This document shows, piece after piece, positions 9,093-18,220 of a stretch of 32,000 nt of DNA. The stretch lies in contig NC_006138.1 in assembly GCF_000025945.1 (NCBI RefSeq), positions 2,550,001 to 2,582,000 of the forward strand, given 5' to 3'. The notes beneath the pieces were generated by a model. The model was given only the letters and a program-made list of their open reading frames with translations, was not told where the DNA came from and made no database searches. Origin of the DNA: Desulfotalea psychrophila LSv54. GTDB lineage: Bacteria; Desulfobacterota; Desulfobulbia; Desulfobulbales; Desulfocapsaceae. The position numbers were made by a program, and so were the translations under genes. How positions within the stretch are numbered: position 1 is the first letter of the stretch; each line of letters opens with the position of its first letter.

Positions 9093-11324
9093 CTAGGTAC
9101 GGGGCGCTGGAGATGGCCTTTTAGCACCGGCAAGCTTTACAATAATCTGATTTGATTTTTGCAAACGTATGGTGATTGCTTTAAAGATATGCTCTGATAC
9201 CTCTGGGTACTTGGCAATCACCTCTTCAATTTTATCACCTGGATATCTCTTTACCTCGGTTCGTCCAAGGGCAACAATGGAGGCCGTACGCTCTTCATTT
9301 ATAATTGTCGCCATCTCACCAAAGTACTCTCCGGGCTCTGTAATCTCGGCAATTTTTTTACCACTCTTAATAACAGAGAGGGCACCACGAATCAGTTTAA
9401 AGAAGTCCTTATCATTATTTTCTTCTCTGATAATGACATCTCCATCCTCATAAATTTCAACATCTGGGTTAAGCAGGTAGGCAGGAAGACTTTCTTTCTG
9501 GGCAACGGTTCTTTTTAAGGCCTCTTCTATACTGGTAACACCTTCTCGAACCTTTTGCAGGGCAGCTTCACGCAGTGGGCTCATGCCCTCTTGGCAGGCA
9601 ATTTTTCGCAACTGATCCTCGGGCACCTGGGCACTGATTGCCTTGGCAACCTCTTCATTTACCTCCATCAGCTCAAAAAATCCCACTCGACCTTTATAAC
9701 CAAAGCCACTACACTCACTACAACCCACAGGCCCGTAAATAACTAAGTCATCCAACTCTTCCTGATGAAAACCCAGTTTGATAAGTTCTTCCGGAGAATA
9801 TTCGACAACCTCTTTACATTTACTACAGAGACGACGTCCCAAACGCTGAGCCAACACCATGCTTACCGAAGAGGCCAACATATATGGAGGAATACCAATA
9901 TCAACAAGACGGGCAATAGTTGCAGCACTGTCATTGGTATGCAGGGTGGAAAACACCAGATGACCTGTCATCGCTGCCTTAATGGCAATCTCCGCAGTTT
10001 CCATATCACGAATCTCACCAACCATGATAATATCTGGATCCTGGCGCAAAAAGGCTTTAAGGGCAGCGGCAAAGGTCATCCCTACCTCGGGATGCACGTT
10101 CACCTGATTGATCCCACGAAAGTTAAACTCGACAGGGTCCTCAGCTGTTAATATCTTAATATCCTCACTGTTCAGTGAATTCAAGGCGGAGTAAAGGGTA
10201 ACCGTTTTACCGGAGCCGGTAGGCCCGGTAACCAACACAAGCCCCTGAGGTCTCTTCAGACAACGTTTCAGGCCAGCAAAGGTATCTTCCTGAAAACCAA
10301 GTTTAGTGAGATCAACATTCAAAGAACTCTTATCAAGAATACGTAAAACAACGGCCTCGCCAAAGAGGGTCGGTAGAGACGAGACACGAAAATCAACAGA
10401 CCGATTGCGACCAAGTCGCATCTTAATACGACCATCCTGAGGAATCCTCCGCTCAGTAATATCAAGCCCTGCCAGAATCTTCATCCTCGCAACCAAGGCA
10501 TTCTTGATGGTCAGGGGCAGATTCATTGACTTATAAAGAGTTCCATCCTTACGGTAGCGTACCTGCATACTCTTTTCGTAGGGTTCAACATGGATATCAG
10601 AGACTCCATCCTGGACAGCCTTAACCAAGATACCATTCACCAACTTGATAATAGGTGCATCGGAGGCATTAAATTGGTCCATGGACTCATCTACGTCATC
10701 CTGTTCTATCTCAAAATCATCGGCTGCCTCTGCCACAATAGAGCCAAAATCTTCAACCTCTGTTATGCCAATATCAGTCTCTTCTTCTATATCTCCAGCA
10801 TCACCGTAGAGTTCCTTGGCCTCTTCGTCGCTTATCCCGTAATATTTCTTATAGGCATTAATAATATCTTTTTCAGGAGAAATACAGACAGCAAGCTCTT
10901 TGTTGACCAGATCCTGCAAGGCCTCAACAGCAGCCGTATCGCAGGGTTCTACCATGGTAACCTGCAGGGTATTACCCGCCACCCGCAGGGGCAAGGCCAT
11001 ATACTCTTTTGCCTGCTCGTAGGAGAGTAGCTGAACAACCTTTGCCGTGGGAGGTTCTTTTTCGATAACCACCGCAGGATAATTATGCTGTCTACTCAAA
11101 AAGTTAAAGACAGTACCCTCATCAATATACTCTAATTGACGTAGAACAAGGCTCATCCGCTGGCCCCTCTTCACCAGTTTTTTTGCCGTTTCTAATTGGG
11201 TTGTGGTAATTTGCCCTGCCTTACTAAGTAGTTCACCAAGCTTAATCTTCCCCGCTCCAGATTGATCCTTAACTGTCCTTCGCTTTGTCGACCGCATGGC
11301 GGTATTTTTAGTTGGTAGGGCCAT
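9093..11324 (-). CDS. PilB/GspE-family secretion/pilus ATPase with an N-terminal T2SSE_N (MshEN-like) domain and an extra C-terminal cyclic-nucleotide-binding domain
   Basis: 743 aa. Walker A is GPTGSGKT, Walker B region is DPDIIMVGEIRD and the His box is GHLVFSTLHTN. The tetracysteine site is CSKC...CSECSGFGYKGR. The last ~130 aa contain EYFGEMA...ERTASIVA, the FGE/RTA phosphate-binding cassette of CAP/PKA-type cNMP domains. Confidence 0.88.
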   Translation of the reverse strand: MALPTKNTAMRSTKRRTVKDQSGAGKIKLGELLSKAGQITTTQLETAKKLVKRGQRMSLVLRQLEYIDEGTVFNFLSRQHNYPAVVIEKEPPTAKVVQLLSYEQAKEYMALPLRVAGNTLQVTMVEPCDTAAVEALQDLVNKELAVCISPEKDIINAYKKYYGISDEEAKELYGDAGDIEEETDIGITEVEDFGSIVAEAADDFEIEQDDVDESMDQFNASDAPIIKLVNGILVKAVQDGVSDIHVEPYEKSMQVRYRKDGTLYKSMNLPLTIKNALVARMKILAGLDITERRIPQDGRIKMRLGRNRSVDFRVSSLPTLFGEAVVLRILDKSSLNVDLTKLGFQEDTFAGLKRCLKRPQGLVLVTGPTGSGKTVTLYSALNSLNSEDIKILTAEDPVEFNFRGINQVNVHPEVGMTFAAALKAFLRQDPDIIMVGEIRDMETAEIAIKAAMTGHLVFSTLHTNDSAATIARLVDIGIPPYMLASSVSMVLAQRLGRRLCSKCKEVVEYSPEELIKLGFHQEELDDLVIYGPVGCSECSGFGYKGRVGFFELMEVNEEVAKAISAQVPEDQLRKIACQEGMSPLREAALQKVREGVTSIEEALKRTVAQKESLPAYLLNPDVEIYEDGDVIIREENNDKDFFKLIRGALSVIKSGKKIAEITEPGEYFGEMATIINEERTASIVALGRTEVKRYPGDKIEEVIAKYPEVSEHIFKAITIRLQKSNQIIVKLAGAKRPSPAPRT

Positions 11325-11343
11325 AACAATAATATACCTGTGT

Positions 11344-11380
11344 TAAAAGAAATTGGTGGAAGAGGATATCCTCTTCCACC
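11344..11380 (-). terminator. Rho-independent terminator downstream of fhs
   Basis: Perfect palindrome GGTGGAAGAGGATATCCTCTTCCACC (11355-11380). On the minus strand it is followed by AATTTCTTTT. Confidence 0.7.
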
Positions 11381-11391
11381 GGTAAGGTTTC

Positions 11392-13154
11392 CTAGAAAAC
11401 ACCCTTAACTCGACCCGTCTGCAGGTCAACATCAACACGACGATAGGCAGGATCAGAGCCTGTGCCTGGCATAAGACTAATTGCTCCCGCCACCGGAACT
11501 ACAAAGCCAGCACCCTTATAGGTAAGAATATCACGAATAGGTAAGGTCCAACCCTTGGGCACACCCTTCAGCTTTGGATCGTGGGAAAGAGAGAGGTGAG
11601 TCTTCACCATACAGGTGCCGAGTTCTGCCATCTCCGGATCTTTTGCAAGCTGAGTAAGTTTCGTGCGAGCCTCCGGAGTATAAGAAACTCCATCTGCTCC
11701 ATAGACCTCTTTAGCAATAAGCTCTATTCTCTTCTCAAGCGGAGTATCAAGCTCATAGAGGAATTTAAAATCATTTTTCTCTTCGCAGGCATCAATTACC
11801 GCATCAGCAAACTCCAGGGCACCATCACCACCATGTTCCCAGTGAGTGGAGACGGCTACTCGAGCGCCAGCGTGCTCACAGATACGTTTTACAGCCTTGA
11901 TCTCATTAGGACGATCTGTATAAAAGGCGTTAATACAGACAACGGGATTAATACCCGCCTTCTTCACCGTATTAATGTGATGCAGGAGATTCTTACAACC
12001 CTCTTCTACCCAACCAACATTTTCCTTAGCATATTCTTCGGGCATTGGCTTGCCAGGAACAGGAATAGGAGCACCTCCATGACATTTAAGAGCCCGAATA
12101 GTTGCCACAATAACAGCACAGTTCGGCTTATTGCCAGAAAATCGACACTTGAGGTTCCAAAATTTTTCAAACCCAATATCAGCACCAAAACCTGATTCGG
12201 TCACATTATAGCCTGCAATTTTCAAACCTACCCGATCAGCAATAACAGAAGATTGACCGATAGCAATATTGGCAAAAGGCCCGGCATGAACAAGAACAGG
12301 CTGACCCTCAAGGGTCTGCATAAGATTAGGATTAATCGCCTGCACCATCCAAGCTGTCATTGCCCCGTCAACCTCAAGGTCTGCAGTTGTTATCGGACGA
12401 TCCTGCTTATCATAGGCAACCACAACCTTAGCAATTCTCGCCCGCATATCAGCAAGATCGTTAGCTATGGCCAAAATTGCCATCAACTCGGAGGAGACAG
12501 CAATGGCAAAGGAAGACTGTATGGTAGGGCCATCCATTTTGCCACCAATACCGATGGTAATATTACGAAGAGCCTGAGCACAAAAATCTATAATCCAGCT
12601 AAACTGAATTTTCTTAGGATGAATATCCAATCGCTTAAGATTTCTTTGGGCAAGCTGGGCGTCTGTGTAGTTGGCCTCATGCTGCATCCGGGCGGTGAGA
12701 GCCACCATGCCCAGATTATGGGCATTCATAATGGAATTGATATCACCGGTAAGCCCCAAAGAAAATTCATTTAAAGGAATACATTGTGACCTGCCACCAC
12801 CGGCCGCAGAGCCCTTGATATTCATGGTCGGGCCACCTGAAGGCTGACGAATAGCTCCCACAACACTCTTATCCCGCTTGCCCAACCCCTGGACAAGACC
12901 CATAACACTGGTTGATTTTCCTTCGCCAAGTGGTGTGGGGGTAATAGCCGTTACATCAATATATTTACCATCTGGGCGATCTGCACATCGATCCAGAATT
13001 TTTCGGTAATCAAGTTTAGCAACATGATGACCATAGGGAAGTATCTCTTCCTTCGTAAGGTCCAACTGTTCAGCTAGCTCAAAACTGATTTCATTCGACT
13101 TTCAGCTTCTTCTGCAATCTGCCAATCTTTATACTCTTTAGGGTCAAGGGTCAT
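11392..13154 (-). CDS. fhs: Formate--tetrahydrofolate ligase (Fhs), with a 1-nt frameshift near the 5' end as sequenced
   Basis: The track ORF 11392-13065 has [19 protein letters not shown] and the full Fhs body but lacks the N-terminus. ATG 13154 (GGAGGG 6 nt upstream) encodes [24 protein letters not shown] in another frame. One extra base in the A4 run at 13081-13084 would join the two frames. Confidence 0.9.
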
Positions 13155-13250
13155 CTGCGCCCTCCAAGAATTAAAGGAAGTTTTTTAGTTACTATAAAAC
13201 AGTTAGCAGCTATTAGACTGCGACATCAGTAGTAAATTTTCACTACGATA

Positions 13251-13290
13251 CCTAAAGAGAGTCTCTCCCGAAGGTAACACTCTCTTTAGG
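13251..13290 (-). other. Strong hairpin between the thyX stop and the fhs start
   Basis: The 12-bp perfect arms CCTAAAGAGAGT (13251-13262) and ACTCTCTTTAGG (13279-13290) enclose a 16-nt loop. No adjacent U-tract. Confidence 0.4.
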
Positions 13291-13302
13291 ACAAGATATG
13301 TT

Positions 13303-14229
13303 TTAATAATCAAGCGCAGGAAACTGGCCCTTCATCTCCACCTCAAGAGGAATCATAACCTCCCGCATGGATGGTTCTACATGAGTTGTGGTGCGAAGAG
13401 AAAAAATATGGCCCCATTCAGAGAGACTGCAAAAGGCAATAATCTCTGTCTTACAAGAATTAGGCAAAACCGTACGGGCAGCCTGGGGGGTAGAGGTCTT
13501 CAGGAGTTGCAAATATAATTTTTCTGTCTCCTCCATAGCCTCGTTCCACGCCTCATATTCGGGAGTGCCCTCCTCAAAGAAGAGAGGTCTGACAAAGCTT
13601 ACCTGATTACCAAATTTTTCATTACTATAACGGCAATAACGCTGACTTTCCTGCAGATACGAACAGGGACGATGCCGAACGAGTTCATGGGTTACAGCCC
13701 TGTTCACCACAAATCTTACCGCCACAAAGCGGTGTGCAAGAAGCAATGCTGCCGGTAGAGCATCCACCTCCGCAAGGGAAAGTTTGCTCGCCTTCACATC
13801 TCCGCTGTAGGAGGCATCGGCACCCCAAATATCAGAAAAAAGGTAGGGCTCTTTTTCCGCAAGCAGCACAAGTGCTGAACATATAATTGGGTTTTCCGAA
13901 TACAAAGAGTAGAACTCACGAAAAGCCCTTATTGACCCACTGACCAACAATCCTCCGTCAACAACATTCACAGCAAAATATTTAGGTTGGCAGGCAAAAA
14001 AATCGGCCACGGCTTCGGTTCCACACTCAAAACGCAGAGTGATAGCTGCCATCTCCATTACAGAGTTATGTCCATGGACAACCATTTTTTGAACAAAGGG
14101 AATAGCAGATGCAGGCGTGATCTTATCCTCACTCTTATAACAGATCCGCCCACAGGCCTCGACACGCTCAACAAGAGATGCACTATCCATCTCACCTAAA
14201 ATTTCATAGGAAGGGTCAACAATTAACAT
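13303..14229 (-). CDS. thyX: FAD-dependent thymidylate synthase ThyX (long form)
   Basis: The ThyX signature RHRPCSYLQESQRY (RHRxxSxxxxSxRY) is present, along with HGHNSVMEM and ARTVLP blocks. I prefer ATG 14229 over the track's TTG 14235. Confidence 0.85.
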   Translation of the reverse strand: MLIVDPSYEILGEMDSASLVERVEACGRICYKSEDKITPASAIPFVQKMVVHGHNSVMEMAAITLRFECGTEAVADFFACQPKYFAVNVVDGGLLVSGSIRAFREFYSLYSENPIICSALVLLAEKEPYLFSDIWGADASYSGDVKASKLSLAEVDALPAALLLAHRFVAVRFVVNRAVTHELVRHRPCSYLQESQRYCRYSNEKFGNQVSFVRPLFFEEGTPEYEAWNEAMEETEKLYLQLLKTSTPQAARTVLPNSCKTEIIAFCSLSEWGHIFSLRTTTHVEPSMREVMIPLEVEMKGQFPALDY

Positions 14230-14248
14230 GTACAATCACCAATTAAGA

Positions 14249-15430
14249 TTATGCTTCTTTCCAAAATGGAGACATCTTCCGCAATGACGCTATAATAGCC
14301 GGCATCTTATCCAATACAAAGTCCACCTCTTCTTCTGTATTATACACACTGAGAGAAAAACGTATGGAACCATGGGCCGCAGTAAAGGGCACACCCATTG
14401 CCCGCAGTACATGGGAGGGTTCCAACGAACCAGAGGTACAGGCAGAACCGGATGAGGCACAGATATTGTGCTCATTCATATAGAGAAGAATGGCCTCACC
14501 CTCTACAAATTCAAAGCTAATATTAGAGGTATTGGGCAGTCGGTGAGTTTTATTGCCATTAAGAAGGGCTTTGGGCACCGATGCCAACAATCCCTCTTCA
14601 AGTCTATCACGAAGGGCACGGACTCTGCTATTTTCTGTTTCCAACATCTGTCCGGCAAGCTCACAGGCCTTACCCAAACCAACGATGGATGCAACATTTT
14701 CAGTTCCACCGCGACGGCCATGCTCCTGATGACCACCTATCAGGAAAGGAGTAAACATCGTTCCCTTACGCACATAGAGCACACCCACACCCTTGGGGGC
14801 ATGAAGTTTATGGCCTGAAAGGGCAAGAAAGTTAATTTCATTTTCAGCCATATTTATGGGGATCTTACCCACGGCCTGAACTGCATCCGTATGAAAAAGA
14901 GCGCCCCTGCTTTTGGCAAGCTGAGCCATCTCTTCCACGGGAAAGATCACGCCTGTTTCGTTATTTGCCCACATAACACTGACAATAGCAGTGTCTTCAC
15001 AGAGAGCCTCACGATAAGCATCCATGTCCAACATACCTTCAGCATCAACCTTAAGGCGAGTTATTCGGTAGCGATGACCGGTCGCCACTTCAAGGTTGTC
15101 ACAAAGACTCTTTACGGCAGGATGCTCGACACGGGTGGTAATAATATGACGTTTTTCAGGATGGGTACGAAGAGCAGCAAGGATGGCGGTGGAATCACTC
15201 TCGGTACCGCAGCTGGTAAAGGTAATTTCATCAGCACTGGCTCCAAGCAGATCTGCAACCTGCTGACGGGCCGTATTTACCGCCGCAGCAACCTGACCGC
15301 CAAAGGTATACATACTGGACGCATTGCCATAGTACTCAGAAAAATATGGTATCATCTCTTCAAGCACTTCTGGAGCAACCTTGGATGTGGCGTTATTGTC
15401 CATATAGACAATCTTGTTTTCTTTTAACAT
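14249..15430 (-). CDS. nifS: Cysteine desulfurase NifS (class I, PLP-dependent)
   Basis: 393 aa. Supported by YMDNNATS, SGHKLHAPKGVGVLY (PLP Lys) and the SSGSACTSG active-site Cys loop. The start overlaps the nifU stop (TAATG). Confidence 0.93.
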   Translation of the reverse strand: MLKENKIVYMDNNATSKVAPEVLEEMIPYFSEYYGNASSMYTFGGQVAAAVNTARQQVADLLGASADEITFTSCGTESDSTAILAALRTHPEKRHIITTRVEHPAVKSLCDNLEVATGHRYRITRLKVDAEGMLDMDAYREALCEDTAIVSVMWANNETGVIFPVEEMAQLAKSRGALFHTDAVQAVGKIPINMAENEINFLALSGHKLHAPKGVGVLYVRKGTMFTPFLIGGHQEHGRRGGTENVASIVGLGKACELAGQMLETENSRVRALRDRLEEGLLASVPKALLNGNKTHRLPNTSNISFEFVEGEAILLYMNEHNICASSGSACTSGSLEPSHVLRAMGVPFTAAHGSIRFSLSVYNTEEEVDFVLDKMPAIIASLRKMSPFWKEA

Positions 15431-16263
15431 TAGTCCTCCTCCACAATAAGGCTCTCCAGGACAAGTTCTCTCAGCTTCTTCTCAACATACTCTTTAATGG
15501 TGGTTTGAGAGTTACTACAACTCTTACAGGCTCCACGCAAAGAGACGGTGACAAAGTCACCATCCACATCAACAAGCTCAATATCGCCATCGTCTTTTTT
15601 CAAAACAGGACGTATAACCTTATCGAGTACCTCTTCGATCTTCTTAATTTTTTGCAGGGCAGTCATGCGCTTAGGTTCTTTAGCTACGACAGCTGTACCA
15701 GCCTGCTCTTTCATGGTCTTGACAAGCAATTCGCGAAGCTTGTCTTCACACTTACCACAACCACCACCTGCCTTGGTAAAGTTGGTAATCTCTTCAACAG
15801 AGTGCAGGTTGGATTCTGTAATGGCACGAATGACCTCAACATCTGTTACGCCGAAACAGTCACAAATCACTTCGCCTTCTGCCATGGGCAGGATAGTGCC
15901 ACGGTAATCAGCAATAGCAGCCTCAAGGGCCTCACGTCCCATGACAGAACAGTGCATCTTCTCTTTAGGCAGGCCACCGAGTCTTTCGGCTATATCTTCA
16001 TTGGTTACCTTGACTGCCTCTTCAACAGACATACCCACAATCATCTCTGTCAATACAGAGGACGAGGCGATAGCACTTGCACAACCAAAGGTTTTAAACT
16101 TTGCATCGGTAATAATATCATTTGCATCAATGGCAATGGTAAGCTTCAGCGCATCACCACAGGCAAGTGAACCCACATCGCCCGTACCACTGGCATTTTC
16201 AATTTCCCCTACATTCTGAGGCTGAAGAAAATGCTGTTGTACCTTATTCGTATACTCCCACAT
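15430..16263 (-). CDS. nifU: Fe-S cluster assembly scaffold NifU (three-domain)
   Basis: 277 aa. It has an IscU-like N-domain (GSLACGDALKL, FKTFGCASAIASS, KMHCSVMG), a central CDCFG...GGGCGKC domain and a C-terminal NifU domain with GACKSC. Confidence 0.93.
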   Translation of the reverse strand: MWEYTNKVQQHFLQPQNVGEIENASGTGDVGSLACGDALKLTIAIDANDIITDAKFKTFGCASAIASSSVLTEMIVGMSVEEAVKVTNEDIAERLGGLPKEKMHCSVMGREALEAAIADYRGTILPMAEGEVICDCFGVTDVEVIRAITESNLHSVEEITNFTKAGGGCGKCEDKLRELLVKTMKEQAGTAVVAKEPKRMTALQKIKKIEEVLDKVIRPVLKKDDGDIELVDVDGDFVTVSLRGACKSCSNSQTTIKEYVEKKLRELVLESLIVEED

Positions 16264-16464
16264 AATATCGCTCCTATCTATAAAATCTCAAAAAAAACGA
16301 GAAAAATCAACATGAAAGTAATAAGCTAATAACTCCAATGTCTTAGCAACTTCCACCTTTTTATATAATCGGCCATACTGCACATGCTACTCTGCAAAAT
16401 AACGCTCTATATCTTCATGTCAAGGCAGGCTTGCCTTTGATGGAGAAGAAAAAATGTCTTTTAA

Positions 16465-18210
16465 TTATAAAGATAAAAGACCAATATCTATCAACAGTTG
16501 ACGAGCCGTTTTGATAAGGGCAGAGGCACCGCTCCTTGTTCTTGATTCTACGTAAAAACGCACCTTCGGCTCTGTGCCTGATGGTCGAATCATAAGCCAG
16601 GAGGCATCAGCAAAAATAATTTTTCGCCCATCTATATCAATCACCTGAGATATTTCTCGTTCTTCACCTGCCACCTCAAGCGTCTGTCCCGGCAAAAGAG
16701 ACGACAATTTTTCAAGAGCCTCCGCAAGGGCTAGGCCCTCCATGCTCACCGCCACACTTCCAACCTCAGGATAATAACTGCCATAGCACGCCTCAATCTT
16801 GCCGAGGTAAGTTCCCAGGTTTTCACCGGTAGTTAAGACAATATCAAGTGCGAGGAGCAGGCCTATATAGGCATCTTTTTCCGGGGTATGACCAATAATT
16901 GAGATGCCGTCTGACTCTTCAAAGCAGACCACTGCCCTACCAACCACAGGTTTAAACTCTTTAAAACCAACCCGTGGTTCAAAAATTTCCTCAGAAAAGG
17001 ATTCTGCTATCCGGTTGGCAAGATTAGAGGAGGCAACTGTTTTAGCCAGGAGGCCATGCACACCCTTCTCTTCATGTAAAAAGTGGTAAGCGATGGCTCC
17101 GAACTGATTCATTGAAATTTCTCTGTCGCCATCGGTAAAACGAATTCTGTCCCCATCTGGATCAATAATGGCTCCCAACTTAAGAGGAGTTTCTATCCCC
17201 TGCAGATAGGTGACCAAGCCCTGCATATTGGCAGATGAAGGTTCAGGGGCAACTCCACCAAAGGTCACATCAGCCGTATTTCTCAACTGCTTTATCTTTG
17301 CCCCTGCCTCCTCTCCCAAAAGCGCGTCTATATGCAGGCGACTCGCCCCATGCACAGAGTCAACGGCAACAGAAATATCATCACGCTGGAGCAGTTTGGC
17401 CGATATTTCACTGAGATCTAAGCCATGTTTATCTCTATTCTGACTCACCAGATCCTTCCATAGCTGCAGAGAGTCGAGCAAATGCACCCTGTCGTCGGCA
17501 AGAAATGTCTCTTCAGTGAGTAAACTCACATCTCTCCCATCTTCTACAATGAGCCGACTCTTTTTGGTAATATACTCTGTTACCCCACTTGCAGCAGGCC
17601 CAGCATCGGCGCCATTAAATTTATAACCACCGTATTCCAAGGGGTTGTGCGATGGGGTTAAATTGATAGAGCAGGAGGCACCTAGCTGTAAAACAGCAGC
17701 AGAGAGAACACCCGTAGTGGACTCTCCTGCATAGTGCACCCGAAAACCGGCAGCCAACAGCACTCCGGCTACGGCACGCGCCAGAATCTCGCCCCCAAAA
17801 CGATTATCAAAACCCAGGACACAGCCTCGCTCCTGCGCCTCGGCAAATGAATCCACCAAGAGAAGCCGGGCAAGTTGCCTATTTACATCAATCTGCTGAA
17901 ACATATCAACAATTGCTGCCGTCACACAGGATACAGTATAAATATTGATATCCTTACCTAAAACCCCCCGCCAACCTGAGGTGCCAAAGGATATTTCCTT
18001 TGTGGGGGAATGACGATTTTCTAAAATTTCCCTCTCAAGCAGAGCATAAGCTGCCCTCAGGGGAGATCCACAGTCGTTGCCATGCTTTTTGGCACAGGGA
18101 ATGATTGTTTTTATCAGAGAGAAATAATCGCTCTGCCGGTGGGCATTGGCTACCACAAAACGAGAGAACAGCTGCTCCGCACAATCGCTCATCTTTATAT
18201 TTTCCATCAT
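16465..18210 (-). CDS. Alpha-D-phosphohexomutase (phosphoglucomutase/phosphomannomutase family)
   Basis: 581 aa. Active-site loop is LTPSHNP, Mg loop is DPDGDR, and the sugar-binding-like block is EESDG. Confidence 0.88.
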   Translation of the reverse strand: MMENIKMSDCAEQLFSRFVVANAHRQSDYFSLIKTIIPCAKKHGNDCGSPLRAAYALLEREILENRHSPTKEISFGTSGWRGVLGKDINIYTVSCVTAAIVDMFQQIDVNRQLARLLLVDSFAEAQERGCVLGFDNRFGGEILARAVAGVLLAAGFRVHYAGESTTGVLSAAVLQLGASCSINLTPSHNPLEYGGYKFNGADAGPAASGVTEYITKKSRLIVEDGRDVSLLTEETFLADDRVHLLDSLQLWKDLVSQNRDKHGLDLSEISAKLLQRDDISVAVDSVHGASRLHIDALLGEEAGAKIKQLRNTADVTFGGVAPEPSSANMQGLVTYLQGIETPLKLGAIIDPDGDRIRFTDGDREISMNQFGAIAYHFLHEEKGVHGLLAKTVASSNLANRIAESFSEEIFEPRVGFKEFKPVVGRAVVCFEESDGISIIGHTPEKDAYIGLLLALDIVLTTGENLGTYLGKIEACYGSYYPEVGSVAVSMEGLALAEALEKLSSLLPGQTLEVAGEEREISQVIDIDGRKIIFADASWLMIRPSGTEPKVRFYVESRTRSGASALIKTARQLLIDIGLLSL

Positions 18211-18220
18211 CTCTTACCAG

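Noticed and set aside
13066-13100. Programmed ribosomal frameshifting or transcriptional slippage at the fhs frame break
   Set aside because: There is no X-XXY-YYZ slippery heptamer in the upstream frame. The T/A run is only 4 nt, too short for efficient polymerase slippage. No downstream pseudoknot or hairpin is evident. A simple 1-nt indel is more parsimonious.
13155-13302. Riboswitch (ZTP/pfl or THF type) in the fhs 5' region
   Set aside because: The region holds only a simple 12-bp hairpin. I could not find the conserved ZTP-riboswitch segments as I remember them (for example a CCGCCTGGGC-like 3' element) or any multi-stem architecture.
15346-16170. 274-aa plus-strand ORF antisense to nifU; similar long antisense ORFs at 11581-12195 and 12253-12774 (fhs), 14891-15427 (nifS) and 9765-11030 (ATPase)
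   Set aside because: The opposite strand carries unmistakable conserved proteins in each case. The antisense translations lack motifs and plausible starts, so I treat them as frame shadows of codon-biased genes.
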